A DNA stretch of 64,000 nt from Podarcis gaigeae (Eukaryota), in assembly GCA_964106915.2 (NCBI GenBank), contig OZ066919.1; one strand, given 5' to 3'. Of this stretch, positions 23,043 through 35,372 are shown piece by piece (position 1 is the first letter of the stretch; each line of letters starts with the position of its first letter). The notes under the pieces are model-generated. The model was not told the origin of the DNA. It saw nothing but the letters and a program-made list of their open reading frames with translations, and ran no database searches. The translations under genes were made by a program, and so were the position numbers.

Positions 23043-26000
23043 ATAGAACCTGGGGAACTACTTGGACATGGTGACTGTGGTGGAGGTCACGAGAAGACAA
23101 GATGTGGCGCTCTTGTTGAGCCTGGCTTGCAAGGGTAGGACGTGCTTAGCTTCCCACCAGAATCTCACATACTCAGGGCTTCAGGAAAAGATGGCACCCT
23201 GGCTTTTTGGTAGCATGTGCCCCAGTGAGTGAGTTGGTTGGATGGTGCGAGGGAGCCTTCTTTCCTTTCCAGTTTCCATGCTCCATGTCTCTTTGCTTGG
23301 TAGGATTTTGCAATGACACTGAACTGTGAAACTCCCACCATGGCATTGCCAGCCAAGGAAGAAGGTCAAGCTGAGGCATTTGAGAGCATTTCTCCCATCA
23401 GAATGCACATGCCACCCAAACAGGCACCCCCCCCCCAGGCTATGTGAGAAGCTCTGCAAAATAGGTGGTTTTAGGTGTTCATAGACCAAGGAGGTTTATC
23501 AAGGAAAGATGCAAGAAACCTCATTCCTCATTCCATCACGCCTGAGCAATCCATACCCATCGACTCCTATGGCCACCTGTGCCCTGCTTATGGCATTCCT
23601 TCAGAGCTTAACAGTGAAACTGACCAGAGGAAATCTAAATATGCCAGCTGCTTCCTGGATATGTTTCCTGCATAGCTGATTGTTGTGTTTTAGAGGGTAT
23701 TTCTTGTTCTAGTTAGATCTTTCATGAGTGTTAATGCGCTGGCTTCCTTTCTCATATTTCCACCACTGATGGGCTGTGTGTATGTGTGTGTGTGATTTTA
23801 TGAAGGGGGGAAGGGTGGGTGGCAAAGTTAGCCACCTTTTTTTAAATGTTAAGCACATGTGATATTTCTGAGTTTTCACTCCAAAAGTAGAATCACCAAA
23901 GGTTTTCATTTTCAAATGCTTAGAGCCCTACCAAGAGAACATAAAAAAGAAAAATCTCTACTGTATAAGTGAGGCCTGTCAAATGGGTGATGGATAATAT
24001 GGGATTTGGATTGTCACTTTTTCTTCAACTGTGGAATCAAGATTTCTATTAGTTTGGAAGAATGGTTGCTTTCTGTGTTCCAGCTTCAGACTTGAAATTG
24101 TAATGCTGGTCCTTTTTTTCATAGTGCTAGATATCCCAGGAGGGGAAAAAAAAGATGTGAGCTACTGGAATATGTTTTTGGATTCTCCCTGGGAAAGTCT
24201 TCAGAGGCAGCCTGGGGGAAAACATGCATTATTTCAATCTGTGAAGCTGTTTACGTTGTCCTGTTCCAATACGAGAAAATAATAATGGCAACAGAAACGG
24301 ACTCTCTCCCCTCAGGTGGAGAAAGGACCCTTTTAAGTATTGGAACAGAAATGTGTGAGTTTTTTCTTTAGATTTTTAACAGGGTAAGAAACACTTGAAC
24401 AAGCGTGTGGTGATGCGTTCCTGTATTCACATTTCCCCAGGTGTGGGATGATGAGACTTGCCCTCTTAGTCTTGCCCCATCACCTGTTTACTTACACCTG
24501 CTTGGCATCCGTTCACGTCAATACTCATGTCTTTATAATAGACTCTGCAACGAATAAGCAGGAGAAGCTTCTCTCTCTGTGCTTCAATCAACTTGAATTT
24601 TCACTGGTGGAGTTTCAACCCACTTAAGTGTTCTCATGGACCCTGTGTGAGCATCACTTTGCAAGAGATGAAGCTTTCTGTTTGTGTGTAACACAGCAGG
24701 GCTGTCCCAGCCCTCACTGGAGAGTCACAGAGCACTCCTCAAAACCTTCGTTTCCTCACTTGGTTGTTAATATGTGGTATAAATGGACTTTTGACATGCA
24801 TTGTGCTCTCCTGACCAAGGACCAAGGACCAAGTTCATGCCTCAAGCAGCAGACTTGGGGTAAGCAGCACACTGGTGGACCATTCCACAGCTCTGCCCCC
24901 TGGTTTATAGGAGTCTTCTGCTCTAATAAACTGGGTTTGGGTGTGAACTTCATCCACTCCATGCAGTGAAGCTGCAGATTCTTCCATTGGGAGTAGGTTG
25001 TTGTACTGTAATTCTGTATGGGTGTTCAAAAGGTTCTGTGTATTGTCTTGTGCATTATTTGGGGCTGGGGGAGCAGGAGGGAGAGGGGTGTGTGTCTGTG
25101 CACGCGCATGAGTGAAATTTAAAAAGGGTGAGGGCTTGTTTTGAGTTAACCTACCTCATGGTCCAAGGTGTCTAGTTCTACTCTTCGGGGGTTTTTTATG
25201 TTAATAAAACTTGAATTAGTCTGGGGAACGCACATTACCACTGACCCCTAAGTCCCAAAAGTGAGACGAAGGCAAGGTGAAAGCAAGTGTGCTTTGCCTT
25301 CGCTGTTGACTGATTTACATTCAAGCTCACAGCTTGTACTGTGTCCACCAGCAGCACCAATTTTAATAAGCTCTTCTTAAATGTTAAGACTGATATTTAT
25401 TGAATCACTGTGTCCTTTGCAGTCTTCTCATGACTTAGCATTCTCCGCTGAGAATAACAGAGAGGTCCAAGTGATTCAAGCCTTGGAAGAGGGACCATCT
25501 TCCATCGGTAATGAAATCAGCACAATCCTCACGCCTTCACATGGCTACACGAGCTATCTTGTCCGATATTTTCAGAAGCTTGTAGTCCACCTGTGAATGT
25601 AGTTGCCTGTAAAAAAATATATTCTAGGAATACATTGTGAATTAGCTGCACACAGTTCACCTAAAACTTCCTCCATTCTTCCTTGGAGGAAGTCTGTTTA
25701 GTACAAGAAATATGAAATGTCTTGTAAAGTATTACTTGATATACCTGAAAGCACTGTGCCTGAGAGCACTCTGCTTAACTGTTAAATTATTGACCATATT
25801 GCCATATAGTCCCATGTGCCTCAGTGCTATTGCTAGCTTTTTAGGTATGGGATTATATTTTCTCATATTGAAGAAGCTACCCCCTTCTCTTTATTTTTTA
25901 ACAGTCCTGATCCAAGCAACGTGACAGAGTGCAAAACCCTGCAAATGAAATTGGGTGCAAACCAGGAGAGCCATTTTACCTCCTATGAACAGTTACGTGA

Positions 26001-26570
26001 AGCACAAGGTGGGAAGGGTCAGAATAAGCAAGCTGAAAACATCGTCTGCTTTGAGTAGCCCTTGGGAGTAAATGTGCATGTTCATTAAGAGGACACTGTC
26101 ATTAATGAGATTCAAAAGTGGGTTTGCACAACCTGCTTGATTCATCTAGCAGACCTGGGAAAATCTCTGCCAGGTTCTCCTGGTGTTCCTCCTGGTGGTA
26201 GGATAACATGCACCATCCCTGCATTCCAAGAAAGGAGCTGGGGTGAAAGACGCCCCCTAAAGTGCATCAACACCATAGGCCCATTTGCTCCACCTCTTGG
26301 TTTATGTATACATATATAATCATGCTTCAATTGACAGGTGCCTTTTCTTGCCCTGAAAGGTGTTTTCTCCCCCTCAAGGCTGGTGTGTGTGTTCAGGGCT
26401 TCTTTGGGGGTTTTGTACCATCCGGCAAAATGGTCACATGTATGTATGTGTGTGTGCGTGCGTGTGTACATGATAAGGTGTGTAATTATTTTATACCGCT
26501 ATGTAAATAGTGTAAGTTATTTAAAGCTCCCGCTGTACATGGTTTTCCAATGAATGTGTTTGTTCCTCTT

Positions 26571-26625
26571 AATAAATAAACATCAAAAACAAGATCTGAG
26601 AATAATTCTTTTTAATAAAAATAAA
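26571..26625. terminator. Putative convergent poly(A) signals for KIF21B (+, AATAAA) and INAVA (-, ATTAAA)
   Basis: AATAAA at 26571, 26575, 26614 and 26620 on +; TTTAAT at 26611-26616 (ATTAAA on -), followed on - by the U/GU-rich tcttgtttttgatgttt; upstream TGTA motifs including TGTAAATA at 26502. Confidence 0.6.
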
Positions 26626-28178
26626 ACAGGCCATTAAGTGTAAGTTCAAAAGGCTCTTTCAGTGGTACGAAGATTGAGCTGATGAGGAAATGGATATTGA
26701 TATAGGTATGAGCAAGTGGCTCTGATCTAGGAAGTTAAAAACAAACAAACCCAGAAGCAACGAGCCTGGCCAGCATTTAAGTGTCATCTGATAACTGTAT
26801 CTTCATGACCTGGCTTTTTGGGGCAACAACAAAACATTGTTTTTGACTGTTTCTAAAGAAGTAATTAAAGCAGAGGCAATTCCCAAATGATGACTTGCAA
26901 GGATTAGAACACACAAGGACTCAGAAAAAGCATCCTATTCAAAATAAAAATGTTCAGGTAGATTTAACACTGTTTTGAGCTGAGTCCAGGTAACTTTCAT
27001 AGTTGCACATCATACATATTCCCTCTCCCTCCACTGGCAAACCTTGTACAAATAAGTTAATATTAAGAACAATGTTGGTTGCAAATACCACACACACTTG
27101 ATCATCATGATAGCATAATTAGTGCTTTAACATGCCTAGGTTACCCCAGAAGCAAAGACCAGTATTAAAGAGAGACGGGTACTTAGAAAATACCCATAGT
27201 AAGTAGTAGAGGTTAAGCAAAATATCTTGTCTTTGTCCAGTCTAGGATTGCATGACAAATTAAGTACAAACCTGGCATCCGGAGAATCTGCTTTTCTTTT
27301 TCAAAACTGGCATTCCCAGCCTTAAAAGCACGAAGGCTTATGCCCATTTTTTTTGCCATGACTTCTAAGTCAAAAAGGTTCTGGGCTGAGACCAAACAGA
27401 GTCACTCTCAGTTCCTTGTTACATGCTTGTATAATGAGAAACCCCTTCCACAAAGTGATGGGTTTCATACAAAGATAGGGCTCCTTTTAAGAATCATTGT
27501 GATGTAGATACAGAACCAAGAACATGGCAAATGCTGTGAAAAGCAGTTGTGAAGGGAGAACAATAGGGAAAGGGCATGTACACCAAACTACAATTGGGGA
27601 AGCTTGCTTGCCTCCATTGCCTGTTTGCTACATCATACATTTATGCAAGAATAAAGAAGACAACAGAGGCTCCACATCTAGCGCATGTGAGGGCAGGCAG
27701 ATTCTGCTTCCGTGGGGGAAAGAAAATTCATGTAGTCAGGCTTGGCTCTTTTCTGAAAAGCTATAAAAAGTTCTCAAGTTCTTGCTTTCATAACCTACAG
27801 CTGGCTCTCAAGATCTTTCCACCACAGACAGACGTGAATAAATAGGCAGACAAGCAAACACTAGTTAAGAGGGGTGACGGATCTTCCTGTGCTCTGTATT
27901 CCGCACAGGACAGGAAACCCAGCTGTCTGTTGTAGTAGTCTATTGCATCAGTTCATCATAGGAACAAAGGAAGAGACTGAGCTATATAGTCTCACATAGG
28001 TTGCAGAAGAGCCCCTAAAGTGTTCTCTTTAATAAAGCAGGATCAGCTGGTCGAAGAACGCACCAAAGTTTGACACAAAGCCTTGTCTTTCCAACCTGGA
28101 ATGGGGAGACAGGTCGGTCTAGGCAGCCAGCCTGCTGACATTGCCGAATTGCAGGAAGTCACAGTGATTAAGCAGTCT

Positions 28179-28271
28179 CTACACCTGAGTAATGATTTCT
28201 CCATTTTCTGGCACGTAGACCTGCACAGGGGCTCCCTCAGGAGACCGTTTCAGGATATGGACACGGGGAAC
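28179..28271 (-). CDS. INAVA: INAVA last coding exon (VPRVHILKRSPEGAPVQVYVPENGEIITQV*), class I PDZ-binding end
   Basis: tccag|GTT; stop TAG at 28181-28179. Confidence 0.95.
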   Translation of the reverse strand, partial: VPRVHILKRSPEGAPVQVYVPENGEIITQV

Positions 28272-31200
28272 CTGGAAGGTTAAAAAAAGGAGCCTTTTAA
28301 TGGAACTGTCACACCAGCACATCTCCCCAGTAGCAGCAACCCCACTACCACCAAATACAATTTCCTTCATCAAACATGAAGGCATTTGTTGCAGCTGATG
28401 GTCACTTCCTATCTTGATTGCCTCAGGAAAATGTGGCCCATTATGTTTCTCCATGCCTATAAAATCAATTCCTCTCCCATCATTAAGTGCAGTGTAAAAA
28501 TAAAGTCTCCAGGGCAAACTTTCCTATTCTTTCCATTCAGTGCCATTAAAGTAAGCGTATTTAAAATGCTGTGATGTTTTCCAGGCATGATTACCATTCA
28601 TGCTTTCACCTTTGGGAGTTGGACTAGAGCACCCACCACACAGAGAGTCATGGAAGGGTGGTGCTCTGGCACTTTTCAACAGGGCTGCGGCACCTGTGGC
28701 CCTTCCAAAGAGGCTGGGACTCCCAGCAGCCCCAGCTGGCATGGCCAATGATCAGAGATGATGGGCCTTGTAGTCCAGCAACAAATGGAAGACCACAAGC
28801 TCCCCATCCCTGCTGTAAAACAAATTAGGTGTCTAGAGCATCCTAAAGGATTCACGGAAAAAGCTGAGCCCCTGCAGGCAAATAAACAGAGCTTGCCATA
28901 GCTTTATGCATTAAGAAGCACTAAAAGAGGCTCTTAAAAGTAGCAATATTGGCATAAGATGGTCTAACTGACTACAAAGCAGCTTCTTATATTTATATTG
29001 CCATGCATGGGTGCAAAACCAAAACAGCTTCTAACTATTAATCAACGTGAAGCTTCCACGGTTTCTACCCATTATTCACAGGCATGTCCAGAGGAGAACC
29101 CACTTGCAAACTTGAGAGTGTGAGCTCACTCTCAGAGGGGTGGCTATTTTAGTCTGTTGCAGCAAACTGGCATCTTAAAGACTTAATAAAGTAATGAGCT
29201 TTTGTGGACTGGAGTCTATTTCAACTGATGCTTATACAAGGAGATTGTCCTCATGGCTCCTCCTCTGAGGTGAGTAAAAGCTCCCCTATCTCTTGAATGG
29301 GGACCACAGATTTAAATGAACTGGCCAAAGGAGGTTTGGAAACAGCGTAACTGGCCTCTAGGACTCACAAATAAAACTACCTGAAAATGCACATGTGCCC
29401 CAACTGATGGGCATAGAATTGCCAGGGATTTATTTGATGCTGCATTGTTGGGTGGTTTCCTTGTGCTGAAGATGGATTAGACAAACACGTAACGTGCAAT
29501 CTATGGCCGCTGTCTTCTCTTGCTCATGCAAATGCTTCCTAGCACAGCAAAGAGTTGTCTGATTAAAATTTCCCAGCTCTGTTTCCAGGTGAGGGGAGGC
29601 ACACATTGAAGAGGATGGTAGGAATTCAAGGGCAAGCTCTTGCTCGCATGGTTGTGGGCTTCTGCCCTGTGCTGCAGGCGAGGGAGATGCCCAAGGAGGA
29701 GAGAACTGTGCTTCATTGTGCAACAGTTTTGCACATTGAAAGAACATAATTCTCCAAGCGGAACCCCCCCCCCCCCGCCACCAGGATTCATATCTTTCAG
29801 AATTCCTCTCACTGACTATGTTTCTCAAGGAACAGCGTGCAGAGTTGCCAGAAGGCAATGCCGTTCTCACCAACCATCAGAGCAAAGGAGCAGCAACATA
29901 ACCTTTTCCTATCTAACAAACTGCCCAACAAGCATACAGGTAAAAAATACAGTAAAGGACCCATGGACAGTTAAGTCCAGTCAAAGGCGACTATGGGTTT
30001 CGGCCCTCATCTCGTTTTCAGAACCAAGAACTAGAGCAAGCTTAAGGACTACTGGACTTTACTGAGGTTCAAGGAAGTGGATACTACTTAAGGTGTTGTA
30101 CTCAGTGCTAGTCCTACTTAGAGTTGACCCACCGCCATTAAGGAGCCTTTTAGTCTTGTCCAGTAACTTCAATGGGTCTACTCCTGAGTAGGATTAACAC
30201 TGGATACAACTCTATTATTTTTTAAATTACCTGGGCAGAGAACTTGGAAATTTCCCCTCTGCCACAAACATGAGTCAACTCTTATAGGCTCTGAGCCAGA
30301 AGACTCCTCTTCATGAGTAATTTGGAACACTCAAAGAGCTCTCAGAGCAAACAAACTTCTGAAACTGGGGGGGGGGGTGATTTTAAGCAGCTGAATGGCC
30401 CTTGGGAAAAGGCTTAGGCACCCCTCCCATGATCTACCGTTCTCAAGTCCCCATCCCAATCCGTCCCAAAGCACTATCTTATTACTTTAAATTGAATTTG
30501 TGGTAGTGTTGCATGCATTTGTGTTTAACTTCTAATTAGTCGTAGGGCTGTGCCAAATGTCTGTTCCAAAGCACAGTGCTTTCAGTGGACCTGTAAATGC
30601 ACTTTTAAAATAATAATAATAATAAAAAAGCTTTTCACAACATTGCTAGAAAATAGCACAAAAGAAGCAGCCAAACCCACTAGCTGTGTATGTTTCTCCA
30701 GTCCTTCCCCCCGCCCCCCAAGCCCATGAGCTGTAAAAAGGCCCAGCAGTGCAGTGCGCCTTTGCGAGGCGACAGCAGTCTGTGGAATCTGCTTTTCCCT
30801 GAGCCCGTGGATGGCTCTCCAACTTACGGAGAGCTGGCCATGTCTCTTGGTTGCCATGAACGAATGCTGCTTCCACCAACACACATTCTGGTGGTGTGCC
30901 AAAATAGCAGCTTTTGCCCACGAATATGTAAGACAGTCGACATTTTGGTAGCCGTAGCAGGCTGCAAAAAACTGAAAAGAAACATAACAACCTGAGCAGT
31001 GAAGTGAATCCCACCTGAAAGGCACCTGCCTTCCTCTTACAGGAGGGAGCACTATAGTATACTTCTACAGATCTGCTGGTACTCATGAAAGCCTTCCTCC
31101 ATTTTTCCTATTCACATGGGCGCACACACAGAGCTTTCAATTCCTCGTGTGCCCAGATACTAACAGCCTGTAAAGTAGGAATGGAAACCTGTAGTCTAGC

Positions 31201-31480
31201 AACATCTGGAGAGCTACAAGTCCCATCATGCCAACTATTAGCCCTGCTGGCTAATAGTCCCATTAACATCTGGGGGCTGCAGATTCCAGATTGCCCACAC
31301 CTGTTAAGAGGCTTCTACACTCATTTGTTTATAGAAAATGAGCTTATCTATGAACATGGCACATTAGCACGTTCTCCTTAATCAGGTCTAGCTGGAATAT
31401 TGAAGAAACTATTGCAGAAACAGTAAAGAAGAGGCTGGCTCCTCTCTCCCCAAGACACCTTCCTGCCCAAAGATCCTCAC

Positions 31481-32198
31481 CTGAATTTGCTGCCCCATGG
31501 AACAGGAGGGGCGCAACTCTCGGCTGTGCCCACTGCGCATGCGAAAGGCGCCTTGTCTGTCCAGGGAATGTGGCCGCGCATTACGCAGCCGAGTCCGTTC
31601 GTGCCACGATTTTAGCTCTTCTGTCACGGCTGACTTGGAGAGGACTCGGGGCCCCATCGGGGAGCAGTCCTTCAGAGATGGGGTGCGCACCACCCTGCTG
31701 TGGGAAACAACCGACCGGTGGAACCGCACAGGCACCGCCTCTTCCTTGTAGGCAAAATGGGTGGAGCTTACGGACAGGAAGGGCGGCCGGCTGTGGCCGA
31801 GCTCCCGCCCAGCCGGCAGGTGGTTGTCATATTCTACGGCAGAGAAGTAGCCCAGCGGTGAGAGCAGCTTCTGAGGACACTGGCAGTGGTATTCGGGTCC
31901 GTTCCCCTTGGAGGTCTGGTTCTGGAATGGCTGCAGGGGCTCCTCCACGGGGACCGAGGAGCTTGGCTTCAGGAAGGAGATGTCGGGGCTGCTGCTACCG
32001 GCAGAGGTGGCATAGGAGATGCTGGAGACATCTGAATTGCTGTCTTCTGAGGCGGAGTGGTAGGTGGGCTTGGCGGCTGGGTTGGCCTTGGGCACAGAGA
32101 AGCAGTACTCGGGGACAGTGACAGTGTAGTAGGTGGGACGCCGCCTTGGCAATGCGCTTCTTCCGCGGGACTCGAAGCCTTCCCGGGATGAACACACC
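31481..32198 (-). CDS. INAVA: INAVA large exon (VCSSREGFESRGRSALPRRRPTYYTVTVP...PHSLDRQGAFR...QQIQ)
   Basis: tccag|G ... CAG|gtgagg; 718 nt, phase 2-0. Confidence 0.95.
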
Positions 32199-33018
32199 CT
32201 GGAGGCCAGAAGGAGAGAGTTAAGACCATCTATCAGGAGCTCACAATGGCCACCTTAACACCTTTGAAGCACTTCCCCCTAAGGATTATGGGAGGTTCAG
32301 CACACTGAGAGTCGTTAGGAGGCCCCCTTCCCTTCACACAGCTACAATTCTTAGAGTTCCCTACAAGGAAGGATTGATTGTTAAATCCAGGACTTTTTTC
32401 ATCCAGAACTCAGTGCTGGCACCTCTCAGGTGGGCGCCATTGCCATTATAAGAGAACAAGGGAGGAGTTTAGAAAAAACAGCACTGGTTAAACCACTCCA
32501 GGAATTGCCAGGAGAACTCCAAGAACATTATGCCAGATGTGGGGAGGAGAAAGGAGAAATGCTTACACTGCCACAGCAATCTCCTTAGAGCTACTTTGCA
32601 TTATTATATGCTTCCTTTGTATAGTTTATTTTGCACACAGTTGGAAAAGGAGGGTCATGAAACAATGCAGGGCACTGAAGCCCCTACCCTTAACTGCTGG
32701 AAATCCTGTTTGCCCCTCCTCTAGCTTCCAACATTTTCCCAAACATTGCTCATTTGCCTTCAAGCCTATTTTCATAGCTAGGAGAACTAGAAAACCCTTT
32801 TTTTAAAATAACAACAACAACAACAACAAAAATAACTGAGAGCTGAGATTCCCAAAAATTTTAAATTTTGCATTTGTGAGGCCTGATAATAGAAGCAAAA
32901 CGTACACATAGCCTCACCCCAAGGTGTCTGACATGTTCAAACTTCAACGAGTGATTAGGTAACAACAGGCAGGGCCACCTGCTTGAGTACATGAATTGAC
33001 CCTAAGTCCATAGAGTAC

Positions 33019-33192
33019 CTCATGAGTTGAGGTTGTCCTCTCCTTCCCAGGAACTCAGGTGTCTGTGGGGCACTGGAACCAGCCTGTTTCCTTACTTCCA
33101 GCTTCCTGGGAGGAACAAAGTGACATGGCGATGCCTCAGCACTCGTCTGAGGGGTACGGCTGGGTGACGGTTGAGACAGCAGGCCTGGACTG
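33019..33192 (-). CDS. INAVA: INAVA exon (SPGLLSQPSPS...SAPQTPEFLGRRGQPQLM)
   Basis: Tandem CAGCAG acceptor; GAG|gtactc donor; 174 nt, phase 2-2. Confidence 0.88.
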
Positions 33193-33642
33193 CTGTAACA
33201 GAACACAATAAGAACATCAAGTAAGAAACTGCCTGCAGTCCTGTCATCTCTCTTTGTGTGCAAAGGAGTGAGAGGCTCTGGTCAGGGGTCAAATCCCCCT
33301 CCCTTTCATCTTCCCTAAGAGTGAAAAACAGGAGTAAAAAGAGAAAGCAAGACTCAAGTGGGTCTACAAAGCCCACTGTTCTGGCTTAGTTAATTGGACT
33401 ACTAAGTTTCTAGGTCAGTGGTTCTCAAAGGACACTTTCCCCAATGCAATTGTGAAGCCTACATTGGCTGGGATTTACATGCAATTCCATTTCATGTTAT
33501 TAAATTAAGCAACTTTAAGGTGGATTCGTGGAAATAAAAAAATGGAAACATTGCACAATCACAATAAAGCAGCAAAACAATACAATGCTTATTGTTCTTA
33601 AAACGAAGTAATGGACATACACTACAGTAGCTTCCATATTAA

Positions 33643-34012
33643 AGGTAAAAGGTAAAGGTAAAGGTACCCCTGCCCGTACGGGCCAGTCTTGCCAGACTCT
33701 GGGGTTGTGCGCCCATCTTACTCAAGAGGCCAGGGGCCAGCGCTGTCCGAAGACACTTCTAGGTCACGTGGCCAATGTGACATCGCTGCTCTGGCGAGCC
33801 AGAGCTGCACACGGAAACACCATTTACCTTCCCGCTAGAAAGCGGTCCCTATTTATCTACTTGCACCCGAGGGTGCTTTCAAACTGCTAGGTTGGCAGGC
33901 GCTGGGACCGAGCAATGGGAGCGCACCCCGCCGTGGGGATTCGAAGCGCCGACCTTTCGATCGGCAAGCCCTAGGCGCTGAGGCTTTTACCCACAGCGCC
34001 ACCCGCGTCCCT
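33643..34012 (-). mobile_element. Sauria (Squam1) SINE, full length, 15-bp TSD
   Basis: GGGACGCGGGTGGCGCTGTGGG head and (ACCTTT)n tail on -; TAGCTTCCATATTAA at 33628-33642 and 34013-34027. Confidence 0.9.
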
Positions 34013-34109
34013 TAGCTTCCATATTAACTGCATGCAAATAACTATTAACAGAGGCGATGCAGGCATATCCGAAGAAGAGCAAGAAAAGAGAGAGAAGAAA
34101 GGTCTTGAC

Positions 34110-34344
34110 CTTGGCACACTGCTGGGCTCAGTGGATTTCTTTGGCTTTTCATAGGGCTTGTCCAGACTGGTCTCTTTCCATGGGCTGTTTTGGATGGGAG
34201 AGCACTCCACGTCAGTGGCTTGGTAGTGGGTTTGCCCTTCTAGTAACGCAGAACGCAGAGGCTGAGCCGAAGAACCAGGCGGGGGTTGGAGGCGAGCTGA
34301 AGCTGTGAGGATTGGCGGAAGATGGGCGCTCAGCACCTGGGATT
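34110..34344 (-). CDS. INAVA: INAVA exon (SQVLSAHL...QNSPWKETSLDKPYEKPKKSTEPSSVP)
   Basis: tgaag|AA acceptor; weak AAG|gtcaag donor; 235 nt, phase 1-2. Confidence 0.88.
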
Positions 34345-34394
34345 CTTCAGAAAAGGAAAAGGAAAGAACTGCAGCATTCCAACACTAAAACCTG

Positions 34395-34900
34395 GGTGGT
34401 AGCATTATCTACTGAGTTACATTCAAGGTGCTGAACTGGTGTACAAATCCCCATGCATCTTGGGACCAGGGTACCTAAAATATAATCTCACCCCTTACAT
34501 ACCCACTCAATCACTGCACTCTGCAGGTGAGGGCCTCCTGCAAATACCATATTGTAATGGGGTCAACCCTGCACAATACAGGAATCGGGCCTTTAGTGTG
34601 CTGGAATCTGCCCCTTGGAATTCCCTCTGTTGTGTTTTCAGCACCTGCTGAAGACTTTCCAGTTCCAACAAGCCATTTAAATGGAGGACTTCGTCCCAAA
34701 CTGCATCTGTACTGGAACTACTTTTAACAGTTTTCATATGTGTAATTGTAATTGTTTTATGTATGGAACTGTTTTTAACTGTTTTACACTTTTCTTGTTT
34801 TATAGTTGTGACTATTTTGCTTGTTTCAAAACTGTTTATTTTATTGCTGTAGTCTACCCTGGCACCTTATAGTAAAAGGCAAGTAAGATCTCTAATAATA
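34395..34900 (+). mobile_element. Degenerate L2-type LINE 3' fragment
   Basis: ttcaaggtgctg...gggaccagggtacct...gggcctttagtgtg...tggaattccct and a T-rich tail. Confidence 0.5.
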
Positions 34901-35318
34901 GATTTTTTAAAAAGCATGAATAACCACTGACTTAGGCTATATCATTCAAAATATACCAAATCACTTATCACAAACACTTATCATCCTCTAGATTAAACCA
35001 AAACAGGATGTTGAATTTAGCAGATATCCACAGTCACAAAAGACCCACTTATCGGTCACCTTTGTACTTGAATCATTTGAAAATTTAGATGAGATCCATT
35101 CACTAACTCTCTTCTCTGCCTTACAAGTCCAGCTGGCTGCTGTGGCCTAATTCTTAGTCATGTGGTATGAATCAAGGCCAAACCTCGACAAGATGTCAGA
35201 GAGCAGTGATCAGATACAGTTTGTCTCTTCAAAGGCTTAACTACCACTTTACGCTAGGTGAAGGAAAGTCACAAGCACACGGTAATGACAGCGCAGAGAT
35301 CACAGTTATCTAGTTTAC

Positions 35319-35372
35319 CTTCTTCTACTGCAACAGCATCCAACAAGGAGTTCTCATCAGAGGCACTGAACC
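35319..35372 (-). CDS. INAVA: INAVA small exon (FSASDENSLLDAVAVEE)
   Basis: accag|GG ... GAAG|gtaaac; 54 nt, phase 1-1; resembles the recalled human LSASDDSSLSDGLLLEEE; absent from the ORF track. Confidence 0.88.

Larger units (their letters stand above)
1098..26600 (+). other. KIF21B: KIF21B gene, 3' portion (motor-domain exons lie upstream of the window); stalk, WD40 tail and 3'UTR
   Basis: A chain of GT-AG exons splices in consistent phase to give peptides recognisable as KIF21B ([30 protein letters not shown]; ...[32 protein letters not shown]). Adjacency to INAVA matches known synteny. Confidence 0.96.

Noticed and set aside
29430-30065. Overlapping 147-aa (-) and 141-aa (+) ORFs in the last INAVA intron
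   Set aside because: No recognisable homology or splice signals; the 3' part overlaps a SINE tail fragment near 29930-30030
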